Assembly (NCBI RefSeq): GCF_006345805.1 | Contig: NC_042999.1 | Coordinates: 8,432,001-8,496,000 of the forward strand | From: Octopus sinensis | Lineage: Eukaryota | Direction of reading: 5' to 3' | DNA length: 64,000 nt | In this document: piece after piece, positions 51,401 to 63,315 of the stretch | Position numbering within the stretch: position 1 is the stretch's first letter | Layout of the letters: each line of letters starts with the position of its first letter | Made by a program: the position numbers and the translations under genes | Notes under the pieces: model-generated | Database searches by the model: none | What the model saw: only the letters and a program-made list of their open reading frames with translations | What the model was told of the DNA's origin: nothing

Positions 51401-51825
51401 CAATTGCCCTAGTAGAAGCGTAAATAATTTCATTTAACTCAGTAAAATCAGGTTTTAATTCTCGTATTATTTCATTTGTTACATAGTTGCCAATTTGGAT
51501 TTGTTTTTTATTTTGGTTTGTATTTGAGAGTTTATGAAGCGGTTCTCTATCATTCATACTTGTATGTCTTACAACTTCAAGCGTATTCAGGATTTTCTGC
51601 CTTATTTCTGCCATAGAATCTCTGTGTTCTTCAGCAAATGCGAGATCTTCAGTTACTGTTGTTTTTTCGTTTTCTGGCTATCTTTAACAGGTACAATAGA
51701 ATTTCTTGTATCTTCAGGCCTTTGCGTACTTTGGTCAGATGGCAGTCTTTCAATTAAGCCTCGTGGCGGGCTATTACTGTTCATCTGATTCTTCATTCCT
51801 TTGTGTCTTATATTTATGTCATATT
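48429..51825 (-). mobile_element. Long R4/Dong-like non-LTR retrotransposon (RT, CCHC, RLE), frameshifted and 5'-truncated, flanked by (TAA)n
   Basis: EQKGCRRGSYGCKDQLLI, WIDYKKAFDS, GIFQGDSLSP, YMDD (~50143-50154), CRFC..ETVDHLISGC..RHDRV, KPDIVV..LIDMSIP. The ORF is broken into 51063-51614, 50785-51027, 50292-50600, 49005-49874 and 48603-48959. Confidence 0.92.
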
Positions 51826-51869
51826 GTTATTATTATTATTATCATCATTATTATTATTATTATATTTGT

Positions 51870-52005
51870 CAAGAAATACCTTAGGAATGAGAACCCAGGT
51901 TCCCCAAGACACCTGATGAAGGCTGGAGGGTACATCAACCAAAATGCTGTGTTAACGACAAACAAGATGAGGACAAATATCTGTCAAATGTAAATAATAT
52001 AAATA
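51870..52005 (+). mobile_element. Family D hammerhead tail (HHR 51908-51953, GAAA mutated)
   Basis: GACAC-CTGATGA-a-GGCTG...CAACC-AAAATGCT-GTGTT. Confidence 0.75.
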
Positions 52006-53229
52006 ACAACAGCGTTTATAATCGTTTCTTTGGCACAAAATTTCGTGGGGAGGGGGAATCAATTACATCGACCCCAGTACACAACTGGTACTTATTTTAT
52101 CAACCTTAAAAGTTTGAAAGGTAAAGTTGATCTCTGTGGACAGCTATTTTGCTAAATTCTTCCTTATTTTCAAAATTAATGGAAACAAATGCAGAGTATT
52201 TCAGCAAAAATATGGCAACAAAAGCATTAAGATTCTCTGGACGAAGCCATATATCCAACTGTTGCTGCTCAAAATATTCTCTGATCTTTTACCATTCAAA
52301 GAAAGAACTGAAGATATAAAGACGTGTATTCCAGTTTTCAATAAAATCAAATATTGTAATTCCATTTTCGATGATCGTTGTAACTCGGGGGAACCATGTT
52401 CAAAATTAAAACTGTGCTGAAATTAAAAATCTAAGCCATTGGGAAAAACTACGAAAAAATTCTTTCAAAGCAGATGCACTGCAAAGGTATGTGAGTGAAA
52501 ATAGCATTGGTTGTATTTAGAATCTCAAAATATCTTAGAAATACGATTAAAATGTGTGGCATATATATATATATATTTCTTGTCTAAAATGTGTTAGATA
52601 CCTCAAGATCCTTATCAAAAATAACAGCAGTCCTTACACACACACACATACACACATGCACACACACACATGCATATATATGCACATATATATACATACG
52701 TACATTCATACATACAGACACATGCATGAACACCCAGACATGCACATACATAAATTCATACATACTCATATATACATACATTCACACATTGACGCAAACA
52801 CATGCAAACACCCAACCACCACCCAAACATCCCACCCCCACACAAATAGGATCATGCCGTTTGCCTTCTTACTGAATCTGAATTAAATATTTATAGGAAC
52901 TAAAAACAAAACCATAAAAAAAGACTGACTGACAAGAATTCCTCAATGGATAAATTTCCTCGAAGTCCCAGGGGGAAGAAGATCAAATGGAAATATTTTC
53001 TCAGACTAGACATTTTTGGAATAGGAAATGTAAACTTAATCTGTAATCTTTCTAAAAGATTTTTGTCCTCGTAAGAACTTGCTACAATCTGAAAACTTTA
53101 TTAACACTACCATCAACTTGAATCCTGGTTGATTCTTTGAATCAAAACAGTGGCAGCATTCTCTTGGATTTTGGATTTTGGAATGGCCTCTTGTGTTGCC
53201 ATTTTTAGGTTAGCATAACACTTTAAAAT

Positions 53230-53369
53230 GACTCCAGGACATCAGATCTGTATTTAACGCAACCCCATGAACTGGGGTACACATTGCAAAAGTGTTCTGT
53301 CCCTGAAAGTACAAGGAATTTCAGGCAAATTAGCATACTTCACATGCCGTGAGCTTATTCAACAAAACA

Positions 53370-53400
<31 letters not shown>

Positions 53401-53415
53401 CATACATACATACAT

Positions 53416-53446
<31 letters not shown>

Positions 53447-54060
53447 TACAGACAGACAGACAGACTTGTAATTAGCAGCTGTCCTAAAATGTTGTCACAA
53501 TACCACCGCCCTATGCAGCACGATGTTGTCGCTAAAACAATTTACAATGCCATCCACAAAAAATGTCTGTCCTAAAATAAACTTAGAAAATCCCTGTTAT
53601 GGAATACGTTCATAAACACCAACTCAAGGAATACTGGTGGAATATTCCCATCAAAGTGTCCTTAAAATGTAAACATAACAGACTGGATGTTGTTGTTTGA
53701 GTCAGAGGGACAAAAGTATGTACTATCATAGAGGTCGGTTGCCCTGCAGATATAAATATCTCTTTGAAAATCAAAGGAAAAGAGAATATCTATGGACAAC
53801 TGCTTCGAAACCTCCAGCTTCTAAATCTAGACTATGAATTCATATTCATACCAATAATATTTGGAGCACTAGGTTTTCTTAGTAGATGCTAAAAGGAGAA
53901 TCTGGATAAACAAGGATTTTCAGAAAGAGAAATTGACCGGCTGATTCGTTCATTACAAGTGCAATCTGTGAGTGGAACAGTAAAAATATGCAAGACTTTT
54001 CTCAAGTTCCAAATGTGAATTTGTCTGTGTAAACTACATCCCAAAGCTGGAGCCTTGTAT
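53230..54060 (+). mobile_element. Old RLE-type non-LTR retrotransposon fragment (second family)
   Basis: VISSCPKM...HDVVAKTIY...WWNIPIK...HNRLDVV...TIIEVGCPAD...IPIIFGALG; interrupted by (TACA)/(CAGA)n. Confidence 0.75.
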
Positions 54061-54429
54061 CTTTGTTGGAAACCAGCTTCCTCCTCAGTGGAAGATTGAT
54101 AATAATTAAAAAATAGATGAGACATGCATACATACATACATACATACATACATAAGTCATCAGGTTAAAACACAACTGGCTGTGTGAGATCACAAGCAAA
54201 AGGTATGTTCTGCTGTGAAAATCAGCTGCCCTCTGGACACCAATTAAAGAGTTTGCAAATCCAGTCCCCAAGATACACTTTCAGTTCTATACCCATCATC
54301 ACTGAGGCAACAAGATACATACTGAGCAAAGTACAGCTGAACTTAGGATCTTGGGGAGAGAATACAAATCCTTAATTCATACTCCACAACTGATCATATA
54401 AGGGACTATATTCAACTAAAATCGCTGAC

Positions 54430-55080
54430 ATGGCCAATGACAGCATCGCCTGATTGGCACTCATGCCAGTGGAATGTTAAAAGCACATCCGAATGTGGGG
54501 TATAACCGGTCCACTTATGAGTACCCCTCATCCATTGGACAATAACCTTTGCTTGTGAAGACCTATTAAAGCAAGTGAAATCAAATCAAAATCGCTGGTG
54601 TGGCCGATGACAGTACCACCTGATTGGCACTTGTGCCAGTGGAATGTTAAAATCACATGCGACCGTGATCGTTACCAGGGCCATGGATTGGCTCCTGTGC
54701 TGGTGGCATGTAAAAAGCACCATTCGAGCGTGATTGTTGCCAGCGTCGCCTTACCAGCGCATGTGCCAGTGGCACATGAAAGCCAGCATTTGAGCGTGGT
54801 CACTGCCAGTGCCGCCGGAATGGCTCCCATGGAGGTAGCACATAAAAAAACACCATTTGAGCATGGTCGTTGCCAAAACTGCCTCACCGGTCCTCATGCC
54901 GGCGGCACATAAAAGCACCCACTACACTCTTGGGGTTGTTGGTGTTAGGAAGGGCATCCAGCTGTAGAAACTTTGCCAGATCAGATTGAGTCTGGTGCAG
55001 CCTCTGGCTCACCAGACCTCAGTCAAACCGTCCAACCCATGCCAGCATGGAAAGTGGAGGTAAAACAATGATGATGATGA
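54430..55080 (+). mobile_element. RTE 3'UTR fragment (older subfamily)
   Basis: CTTGTGAAGACC, hairpin units and standard terminus. Confidence 0.75.
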
Positions 55081-55089
55081 GGCCCTCTA

Positions 55090-55850
55090 AAGATTTAAAG
55101 AACGATGGTTAAAACATACTTTCCATCGTAACCTTGCTGCCAAGTAGGTGGCCGATCAAAATTCACTCCAAATTAAAAAGGGACAAAGAACATCAGCTGG
55201 ACTAGAACACCTCAAAGAAGACCTGGAGGTGAAATGCTCAGCATACCGAAACAAAGAAGCCATACATTGGTGTGTTTCTGGTAGACTCGAAGATGATGGT
55301 AACAACGACATGAATCAAGTCCACTACATCACATCAGACTTTGAAGGCATATGCACTTGCAATACAAGAACAGGAGATTGCTACTAAATGCCTATTTCTT
55401 TACTACCCACAAGGGGCTAAACACAGAGAGGACAAACAAGGACAGACAAACGGATTAAGTCGATTATATCGACCCCAGTGCATAACTGGTACTTATTTAA
55501 TCGACCCCGAAAGGATGAAAGGCAAAGTCGACCTCTGTGGAATTTGAACTCAGAAAGTAAAGGCAGACGAAAAACCTATTTCTTTACTACTCACAAGGGG
55601 CTAAACACAGAGAAGACAAACAAGGACAGACAAACGGATTAAGTCGATTACATCGACCCCAGTGCGTAGCTGGTACTTAATTTATCGACCCCGAAAGGAT
55701 GAAAGGCAAAGTCGACATCGGCGAAATTTGAACTCAGAACGTAACAACAGGCGAAATACGGCTACTCATTTCGCCCGGTGTGCTAACGTTTCTGCCAGCT
55801 TGCCGCCTTATTGCTACTAAATACCTAATACCTTTATTTGTCAGACATGT
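55090..55850 (+). mobile_element. Old RLE-element fragment (..ALAIQEQEIATKYLI..) split by a SINE C insertion
   Basis: Removing 55390-55822 rejoins GAG ATT GCT ACT AAA TAC CTA ATA. Confidence 0.6.
55390..55809 (-). mobile_element. Head-to-tail SINE C dimer flanked by one 13-bp target-site duplication
   Basis: ATTGCTACTAAAT at 55377-55389 and 55810-55822; units 55390-55575 (5'-truncated) and 55576-55807. Confidence 0.85.
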
Positions 55851-55887
<37 letters not shown>

Positions 55888-56479
55888 AGGAGAGGGGGAG
55901 CAAGAGAGAACTTCATTATTGAATGTGTACGTTTTTTCCTCCTTTAACAAATACTGTGGTGGTGGGGTGATTTTTAGAGACTTGACTACTATTTCTAGCA
56001 GGTACGATGGACACGTAGAAGCACATGTTGTTTATGGGAAGGATAACCTCCCTTTTCTTCATATATCACGATCATCATCATCATCACCATCATAATCACC
56101 ATCATCATCATCACCACCACCACCACCACCACCACCACCATTATCATCATATATCATTCACTTTTCCATGTGTGTATGTGTGTGAATGTGTGTGTGTGTC
56201 CCCCTCCCACAACCTGACAATTGGCGTTGGTGTGTTTATGTCCCCATAACTTAGCAGTTCAGCAAAAGAGATCAATCGATTAAGTAACAGATTTAAGAAA
56301 AGAAAACTAAGTGCTGGGGTCGATTCAGTCAACTAAAATCTCTCAGGGCAGTGCTGCAGCATGGCCGTAGTCTAATGAGTGAAACATGTAAAAAATAAAA
56401 GACGAAAAATAAAAAAAATAGAAGATATATTAATTAATTTGCTTGTTAGCATTGGTTCCTTGAGTATAATTATTTTCTT

Positions 56480-56885
56480 AGGAGTGGCTGTGTGGTAAAA
56501 AGCTTACTTCCCAACCACATGGTTCCAGGTTCAGTCCCACTGCATGGCATCTTGGGCAAGTGTCTTCTACTATAGCCTCAGACCTTGCGAGCGGATTTGG
56601 TAGATGGAAACTGAAAGAAGCCCATCGTGTGTGTGTGTGTGTGTGTATGTGTGTGTGTGTTTATGTGCGTGTGTGTGTATGTGCGTGTGTGTGTATGTGT
56701 GTGTGTGTGTATTTGTGTGTTTGTGTTTGCCCCCCCCCCCCAACTGATGCTGGTGTGTCTATGCGTGATAGAATAAGTACTAGGCTTACAAAGAATAAAT
56801 GCTTGGATCGATTTATTTGACTAAAAGGCGATGCTCCAGCATGACCGCAGTCAAATGACTGAAATAAGTTAAAGAATAAAAGAAT
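56480..56885 (+). mobile_element. SINE family B with internal deletions (a 3' half copy precedes it at ~56180-56410)
   Basis: Head GGAGTGGCTGTGTGGTAA...GGTTCAGTCCC and typical tail. Confidence 0.8.
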
Positions 56886-57479
56886 ACACACACACACACA
56901 TATATATATGTATGAATTAATGATTTGGAATACGGTGAAGTCTTATTCTTAATTCCAATTCTATCAATATTTTGTGCCATTTCTTTTTTTTTACCAAAAT
57001 TGTTATCTTTGTGAGAATGAGTTGAGGTGATAATGTGCCTCAGGGTCTGTTGAGAGTAGTTGAAAGGGCCCGGTGTTCCCAAGTGGAATTGGTAGCTTAA
57101 ATTAGCAAAGGAAAACTGATTAGACTTATTAAAATCCCGTTTGTGTGGTGGGCGTGATAACGAGGAGGAAGATGCATTAAGTATTTATTTAATAATAATC
57201 TTCTGCGAGAGAGAGAGAGAGAGAGGAGAAACAGGGAGGGATAGAGAGAGAGGAAGAGAGAGAAGTGTTCTTAAGAGTTTCTATTAAGTTTATGAACCAA
57301 TCAAGAAGAGAAATAGGACGAGAGAAACAGATTAACAAGTGCAGAACCTCATAGCTTTTCTGTGACTATTTTTTTTTCTAATCTCCGTTTTCTTCATTGC
57401 ACTGCAATATAAAGTTTGATCTAGAGGTCACGTGTTAGATACACACACACACACACGTGCACGCACGCACACACACACA

Positions 57480-57600
57480 TGTATTAGTATTTTAAGTCGA
57501 AGACAGGTGGTGTACAAAACAAACAGATGTATTAGTATAACGCTCAGGAATAGAAAAAGTCTTTTGCGTTTCGAGCCTACGCTCTTCTACAGAAAGGGAA
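57480..57600 (-). mobile_element. Family G repeat with a hammerhead-like motif (57561-57596)
   Basis: CTTT-CTGTAGA-a-GAGC-gtag-GCTC-GAA-ACGC-A-AAAG. Confidence 0.55.
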
Positions 57601-57744
57601 TATATATATGTTTTAATTTAGAACAAGCAGTAAATGGTTGTCATTATAGTACTCAGAGTTTTGAATGTTGGAGTAAAGAGCAACAATGCATTGTCGTCTG
57701 CAATTAATGGCAACAGACACTATGAAAAAAAACAAAAAGAATAG

Positions 57745-57971
57745 TTAACCCTTTAGTATTTAAACCGGCCATATCCGGTCAAAATAGCTAATCTGTTTTA
57801 TGTTCAAACTGACCAGATCCAGGCTCTCATACCTACCCTACAATGTTATTCTACATTAAGTAATTACACCATCAAGATCTTGAAGATATGAGATAATGCA
57901 TGATTAATTCAAATCAATGGGAATCAATAAGCATTATGTTTGATAGAATAATCTGAACACTAAAGGGTTAA
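57745..57971. mobile_element. MITE with TTAACCCTTTAG / CTAAAGGGTTAA termini
   Basis: 12-bp terminal inverted repeats including TTAA; partial relative at ~33130-33270. Confidence 0.7.
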
Positions 57972-58370
57972 ATATAAGGGAAGTAACTCTAATAGGTGGA
58001 AAAAGAAAAAACGTAAAAAAATACACAACCATATCCTCACAATACATAGACATAAACCTCCTCCGTTGACAACGTCTACATACATACACACTCACACAAA
58101 CATGTATACATACATGCACATAAACACACAAACATATATGTATGTACATATACATACATACATATCCACACACACACAAACACCCATGTATATGTGTATA
58201 TATATATATACATATATGAACAAAACCGCATCCTCATCACATAGGGGCTTACATGCATACACGTAACATAATACATATATATTTTTAGATATTTATACGT
58301 ATAAATATATGTATATATATACAGATATACATTCACACTCCCACATACATGCGTATACACACACACGCAC

Positions 58371-58440
<70 letters not shown>

Positions 58441-58509
58441 CAATCCCTTGCCATATCACAGTTCACCTATTGTGGTTTATTATTTAAGCTTATGTCGATT
58501 CCTTTGTGT

Positions 58510-58758
58510 ATTGGAGTAAAGGTTGCTTGCTAACATAACATGGCAGTCCCGGTTTAGGCTGAATGTTGCTGTAATTTAGTTCCAGGAGACATCATCTCCA
58601 GCTGGCTATATGACATGATCTGTGTCCCTATATTTTCGAACAGAAGACAATGTCTCCTGGGGTTAAATTACAGTAACATTCATCCTAAGCCAGGATTGCC
58701 ATGTTATGTTGGCAAACAATCTTTACTCCAAAGTACTGTTGCTGAATATCTCACGTTG
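58510..58758. mobile_element. Family E fold-back remnant lacking the hammerhead centre
   Basis: Inverted arms homologous to 20369-20480 and 20710-20815. Confidence 0.75.
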
Positions 58759-58759
58759 T

Positions 58760-61700
58760 CATCATCATCATCATCATCGTCGTTTAGCGTCCGTTTTCCA
58801 TGCTAGCATGGGTTGGATGGTTCTACTGGCGTCTGTGAAGCCAGAAGGCTTCATCAGGCCCAGTCAAATCTGGCAGTGTTTCTACGGCTGGATGCCCTTC
58901 CTAACGCCAACCACTCCGTGAGTGTAGTGGGTGCTTTTTACGTGCCACCCGCACAGGTGCCAGACAGAGCTGGCAAACGGCCACGAACGGATGGTGCTTT
59001 TTATGTGCCACCGGCACAAGGGCCAGGCGAGGCTGGCAACGGACACAAAACGGGGCGGTGCTGGCAACGGTCGTGAAACGGAAGGTTCTCTTACATGCCA
59101 CCGGCACTGGTAACACATCTGCAATTTCCATTGATCGATTTCCATTCTGATCCTCACTTGCCTCACGGGTTTCACAAGTAGAGTTTCGACATGCCACCAG
59201 CACTGGTAACACATCTGCAATTTCCATTGATCGATTTCCATTCTGATCCTCACTAGCCTCAACGGGTCTTCACAAGTAGAGTATCGACATGCCACCGGCA
59301 CTGGTAACACATCTGCAATTTCCATTGATTGATTTCGATTCTGATCCTCACTTGCCTCAACAGGTCTTCACAAGTAGAGTTTTGTGTCCCAAGAAGGGAA
59401 GGTATGCATACATAGGCTGGCTCCATCCCAAGTAGAAGGCCACGGGTTATGGACTCACTTGTCCTGCCGGGTCTTCTCGCGCACAGCACACTTCCAGAGG
59501 ACTCGGTCTCTAGTCATTTCCTCAGTGAGACCTAAAGTTCGAAGGTCGTGCTTCACCACCTCGTCCCAGGTTTCCTGGGTCTGCCGCTTCCACAGGTTCC
59601 CTCAACCGCTAGGGAGTGGCACTTTTTCACACAACTATCTTCATCCATTCTCGCCACATGACCATACCAGCGCAATCGTCTCTCTTGCACACCACAACTG
59701 ATGCTTCTTAGGTCCAGCTTTTCTCTCAAGGTACTTACACTCTGTCGATTATGAACACTGACATTACACATCCATCGGAGCATACTGGCTTCATTTCTTG
59801 CAAGCTTACGCATATCCTCAGCAGTCACGGCCCATGTTTCACTGCCATGTAGCATGGCTGTTCGTACACACGCATCATACAGTCTGCCTTTCACTCTGTG
59901 CGAGAGGCCTTTTGTCACCAGCAGAGGTAAGAGCTCTCTGAACTTTGCCCAAGCTATTCTTACTCTAGCAGTTACACTTTCAGCACACCCACCCCCACTG
60001 CTGACTTGGTCACCTAGGTAACGGAAACTATCAACTATTTCTAGTTTTTCTCCCTGGAAAGTGACAGAAGTTGGTCTCAGAGCATTTTCAGTGTTTATTG
60101 TTCCTGAGCATCTGCCACATACAAAAACCATCTTCCTAGTTAGCCTTCCTTTGACATTGCTGCACCTCTTATGTGTCCATAGCTTACACTTGGTGCATCT
60201 TATAGAGTTTCTACCTACACCTTTTCTACAGATCGAGCAGGGCCATCTACCTGAAGGCGTTTGTGATTTGTCTACCTTCCTACTGATTACGACTTTGGTT
60301 TTAGCTAGATTGACTCTGAGGCCCTTCGATTCTAATCCTTGTTTCCACACCTGAACTTCTCCTCCAGTTCTGATAGCGACTCAGCAATTAGAGCAAGGTC
60401 ATCAGCATAGAGGAGCTCCCAAGGGCATCCTGTCTTGAATTCCTCCGTTATTGCCTGGAGGACTATGATAAATAGGAGGGGGCTGAGTACTGAGCCTTGG
60501 TGGACCCCTACCTCTACCCGGAATTCTTCACTGTACTCGTTTCCAACCTCACCCTACTAGCAGCGTCCCTATACATGGCCCGCACAGCTCTCACTAACCA
60601 TTCATCTATCCCTAGTTTCCTCATTGCCCACCAGATAAGGGATCGGGGGACCCTGTCGAAGGCTTTCCATGTCAACAAAAGCCAGGTACAGGGGCTTATC
60701 TTTGGCTAGGTATTTCTCCTGCAGCTGCCTTACCAGGAATATAGCATCAGTAGTACTTTTCCCTGGCACAAACCCAAACTGCATCTCAACTAAACTAACT
60801 CTCTCTCTAATTAGTTGGGCTATGACCCTCTCCATAACCTTCATCACCTGATCCAACAGCTTGATACCTCTGTAGTTATTTGTATCTAGGGCGTCACCTT
60901 TCTTTGTAGCAGTTGAGTATTATGCTGCTACACCAGTCATTGGGTATGACTCCTTTGTGTATCACCTGATTTACTATATGGGTGACTAGGCTATAGCCGA
61001 CACTACCAGACATTTTGAGCATCTCTGCAGTGATTCCTGATGGGCCTGGGGCTTTTCCTGTCTTCATGCTTCTAATTGCCTTAGCTACCACGGAACTATC
61101 AACTCGGATAGCTGGTCCCTCTGTTGGGTCACATTCGGCAGACTCTCTTTATCCCATTCATTTTCTTTATTCAGCAAACTTTCATAGTGGCATCTCCAAA
61201 CCTCTCTCTTTGCATCCTCATTTAGCGCAAGTGAACCATCTTCCATGCGAACACACTTCTCTCCTACCACATCACGATTCTCTCTCACACACTGTCTTGC
61301 AACGCGAAACACCTCCAGTCTTTGGTCCTCACGGCGCAGAACATTAGCAAATTTTTTCTTATCTGCTTCCCCTCTGGCTAAATAAACATGTCTCCTAGCA
61401 GCTCTTTTGGCAGTCTGATACAATTCCCTGCTACCCCCATTTTTCCAGACCTTCCAAGCCTGTCTCTTTTCTCTAATAGCACTGTCTACAATATTGTTCC
61501 ACCACCACGTTATTCTAGGTCGAGAGGGGACTTTGCACCAGCCACAGATCTGGTCAGTGGCTCTCAGCAGGCTGTCCCTTAGAAACGTCCAGCTGTCTTC
61601 TACCCCCTGTGATGCTCTATCCCCTTCTACTTCGTCAGAGGCTTCAAGTAATATGTCTCTAAATCTCTGTCCATTTGCAGGATCTTTAAGCTTCCAGATC

Positions 61701-62240
61701 CTTCTTCTCCATATTGGTCGTCTTCTGGTTGTCCTCCTAGTCCTGATCTAAAGTCACTAACTATCAGTCTATGTTGTGGGGTACATTCTTCACCTGGGAA
61801 GGTTTTGGCATTTATAAGCAGCCATCTCTCCCTTTGCCTTGCAAGGATGTAGTCAATTTGGCTGGTATGTTGGCCCGATCGGTAAGTGACTAGGTGGCTG
61901 GTATGTTTCCTGAAGTTTGTGTTGCAAATCATAAGATTATTTGCATCGTAGAACTCCAGCAGCCTGGTTCCCTCCTCGTTGCGGGAGCCATAGCCATAGC
62001 CTCCATGTACGCCATGGAAGACCCCAGCATGTCGTCCAACGTGACCATTGAAGTCACCAGCCACAAAGATAAGGTCTCTGTCGTTCGTCAACGAGGTAGT
62101 CTGCAGTAGAGTGTCATAGAATCGGTCTTTCTGTCCATCGGGTAGCCCCGACTGAGGAGCATAGGCTGATATAATGGTTGCTAAACTATGATGAAGCACT
62201 AATCTAATCTTAAGTATTCTGTCACATACTCTGATTACCT
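58760..62240 (-). mobile_element. Second long RTE LINE copy (frameshifted), inserted into a family E repeat
   Basis: Highly similar to 45072-48390 and extends further into the APE domain (ISAYAPQSG). The flanks rejoin to the family E sequence GAATATCTC..GTTGT / GATTTAAAAATAGTAAT. Confidence 0.93.
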
Positions 62241-62242
62241 CG

Positions 62243-62592
62243 TGATTTAAAAATAGTAATTTTCTAATTTATTGAAAACTATACATTTGGAACAGGAATT
62301 TGGCAGCACCACCCCTGGCCGAACAATTATTCTATGCTGATGAAGGGAAATAACCTGGAAATCATGATACACAGATATTGTTTTGAGCTGAGTTGGGGTG
62401 CTAGATTCCCTTGTTCGAAAATATAAGGACACAGATCGTGTTGTATAAGCCAGCTGGAGATGATGTCTCCTGGGGCTAAATTACAGCAACATTCATCCTA
62501 AACAAGGACTGCCATGTTATGTTGGCAAAAAATCTTTACTCCAAAGTACTGTTGTTCTAAATATCTCGTTGTGAGATTTAGAAATAGTAATC
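62243..62592 (+). mobile_element. Family E monomer (~331 nt) bounded by a direct repeat
   Basis: GATTTAAAAATAGTAAT at 62244 recurs as GATTTAGAAATAGTAAT at 62575. Confidence 0.75.
62332..62374 (+). ncRNA. Minimal type I hammerhead (family E)
   Basis: CTATG-CTGATGA-AGG-gaaataa-CCT-g-GAA-ATCATGAT-A-CACAG; one stem I mismatch. Confidence 0.6.
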
Positions 62593-62934
62593 CTCTATGT
62601 GTTGTTTTGCATTTATAATAAAATAGATTCTTTTCTTTTCATACAAACTATCGAATTTAATCCAAACACACTGTACACATTTGTGTGTGTGTGCATGTGT
62701 ATGTATGTGTGTGTGTGTGTGAGTATGTCTTCTTGACTTGGCATTGCATAATAGTTGTAAAAGAGTGTCACTGTCCTACCAGCAGTGTCATTCCAATATT
62801 CTGTGTGAAACATGTTTACAACCTGGAAGTATGACCTTTCTTTGATTGGCCCCAAGAAGAGCCTTCAGCCATAGAAAATTTGCCTCTATGAATTCTGTGC
62901 GACCCATGAAAGCATAGAAAAATGTGGAGATATA

Positions 62935-63134
62935 ATGGTGGTGGTGGTGGTGGTGATGATGATGATGATGGTGTTGATGATGATGGTTTTTAATTCATGA
63001 GGATGATGATGACAATGATGATGATGATGATGATGGTGGTGGTAGTGGTGGTGGTGGTGGTGGTGGTGGTGATGATGATGACAACGATGATGGTGTTGTC
63101 AATGTTGACAATGTTTTTGATGATGGTGGTGATA

Positions 63135-63173
<39 letters not shown>

Positions 63174-63224
63174 GTGATAATGATGATGATGATGATGATG
63201 ATGATGATAGGGATGATGACGGTA

Positions 63225-63257
<33 letters not shown>

Positions 63258-63315
63258 GGGATGATGACGATAGTGATGATGATGATGATGATGAGGGTGT
63301 TGATAATGGTGATGA
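62935..63315. repeat. (GAT)/(GGT)n trinucleotide field
   Basis: Direct reading; source of the poly-M and poly-S ORFs. Confidence 0.95.

Noticed and set aside
45072-51825. Active autonomous retrotransposons
   Set aside because: The RTE copy has two nonsense codons and lacks its 5' end; the R4 copy has multiple frameshifts and is 5'-truncated.
51660-51830. HDV-like ribozyme at the 5' end of the R4 element
   Set aside because: The copy is truncated within the ORF, so no 5'UTR is present, and I could not fit an HDV fold; the RTE copies also lack 5' ends.
52127-52420. 97-aa ORF in unique sequence
   Set aside because: It starts in a SINE remnant, has no recognisable motif, and AT-rich open frames exist on both strands.
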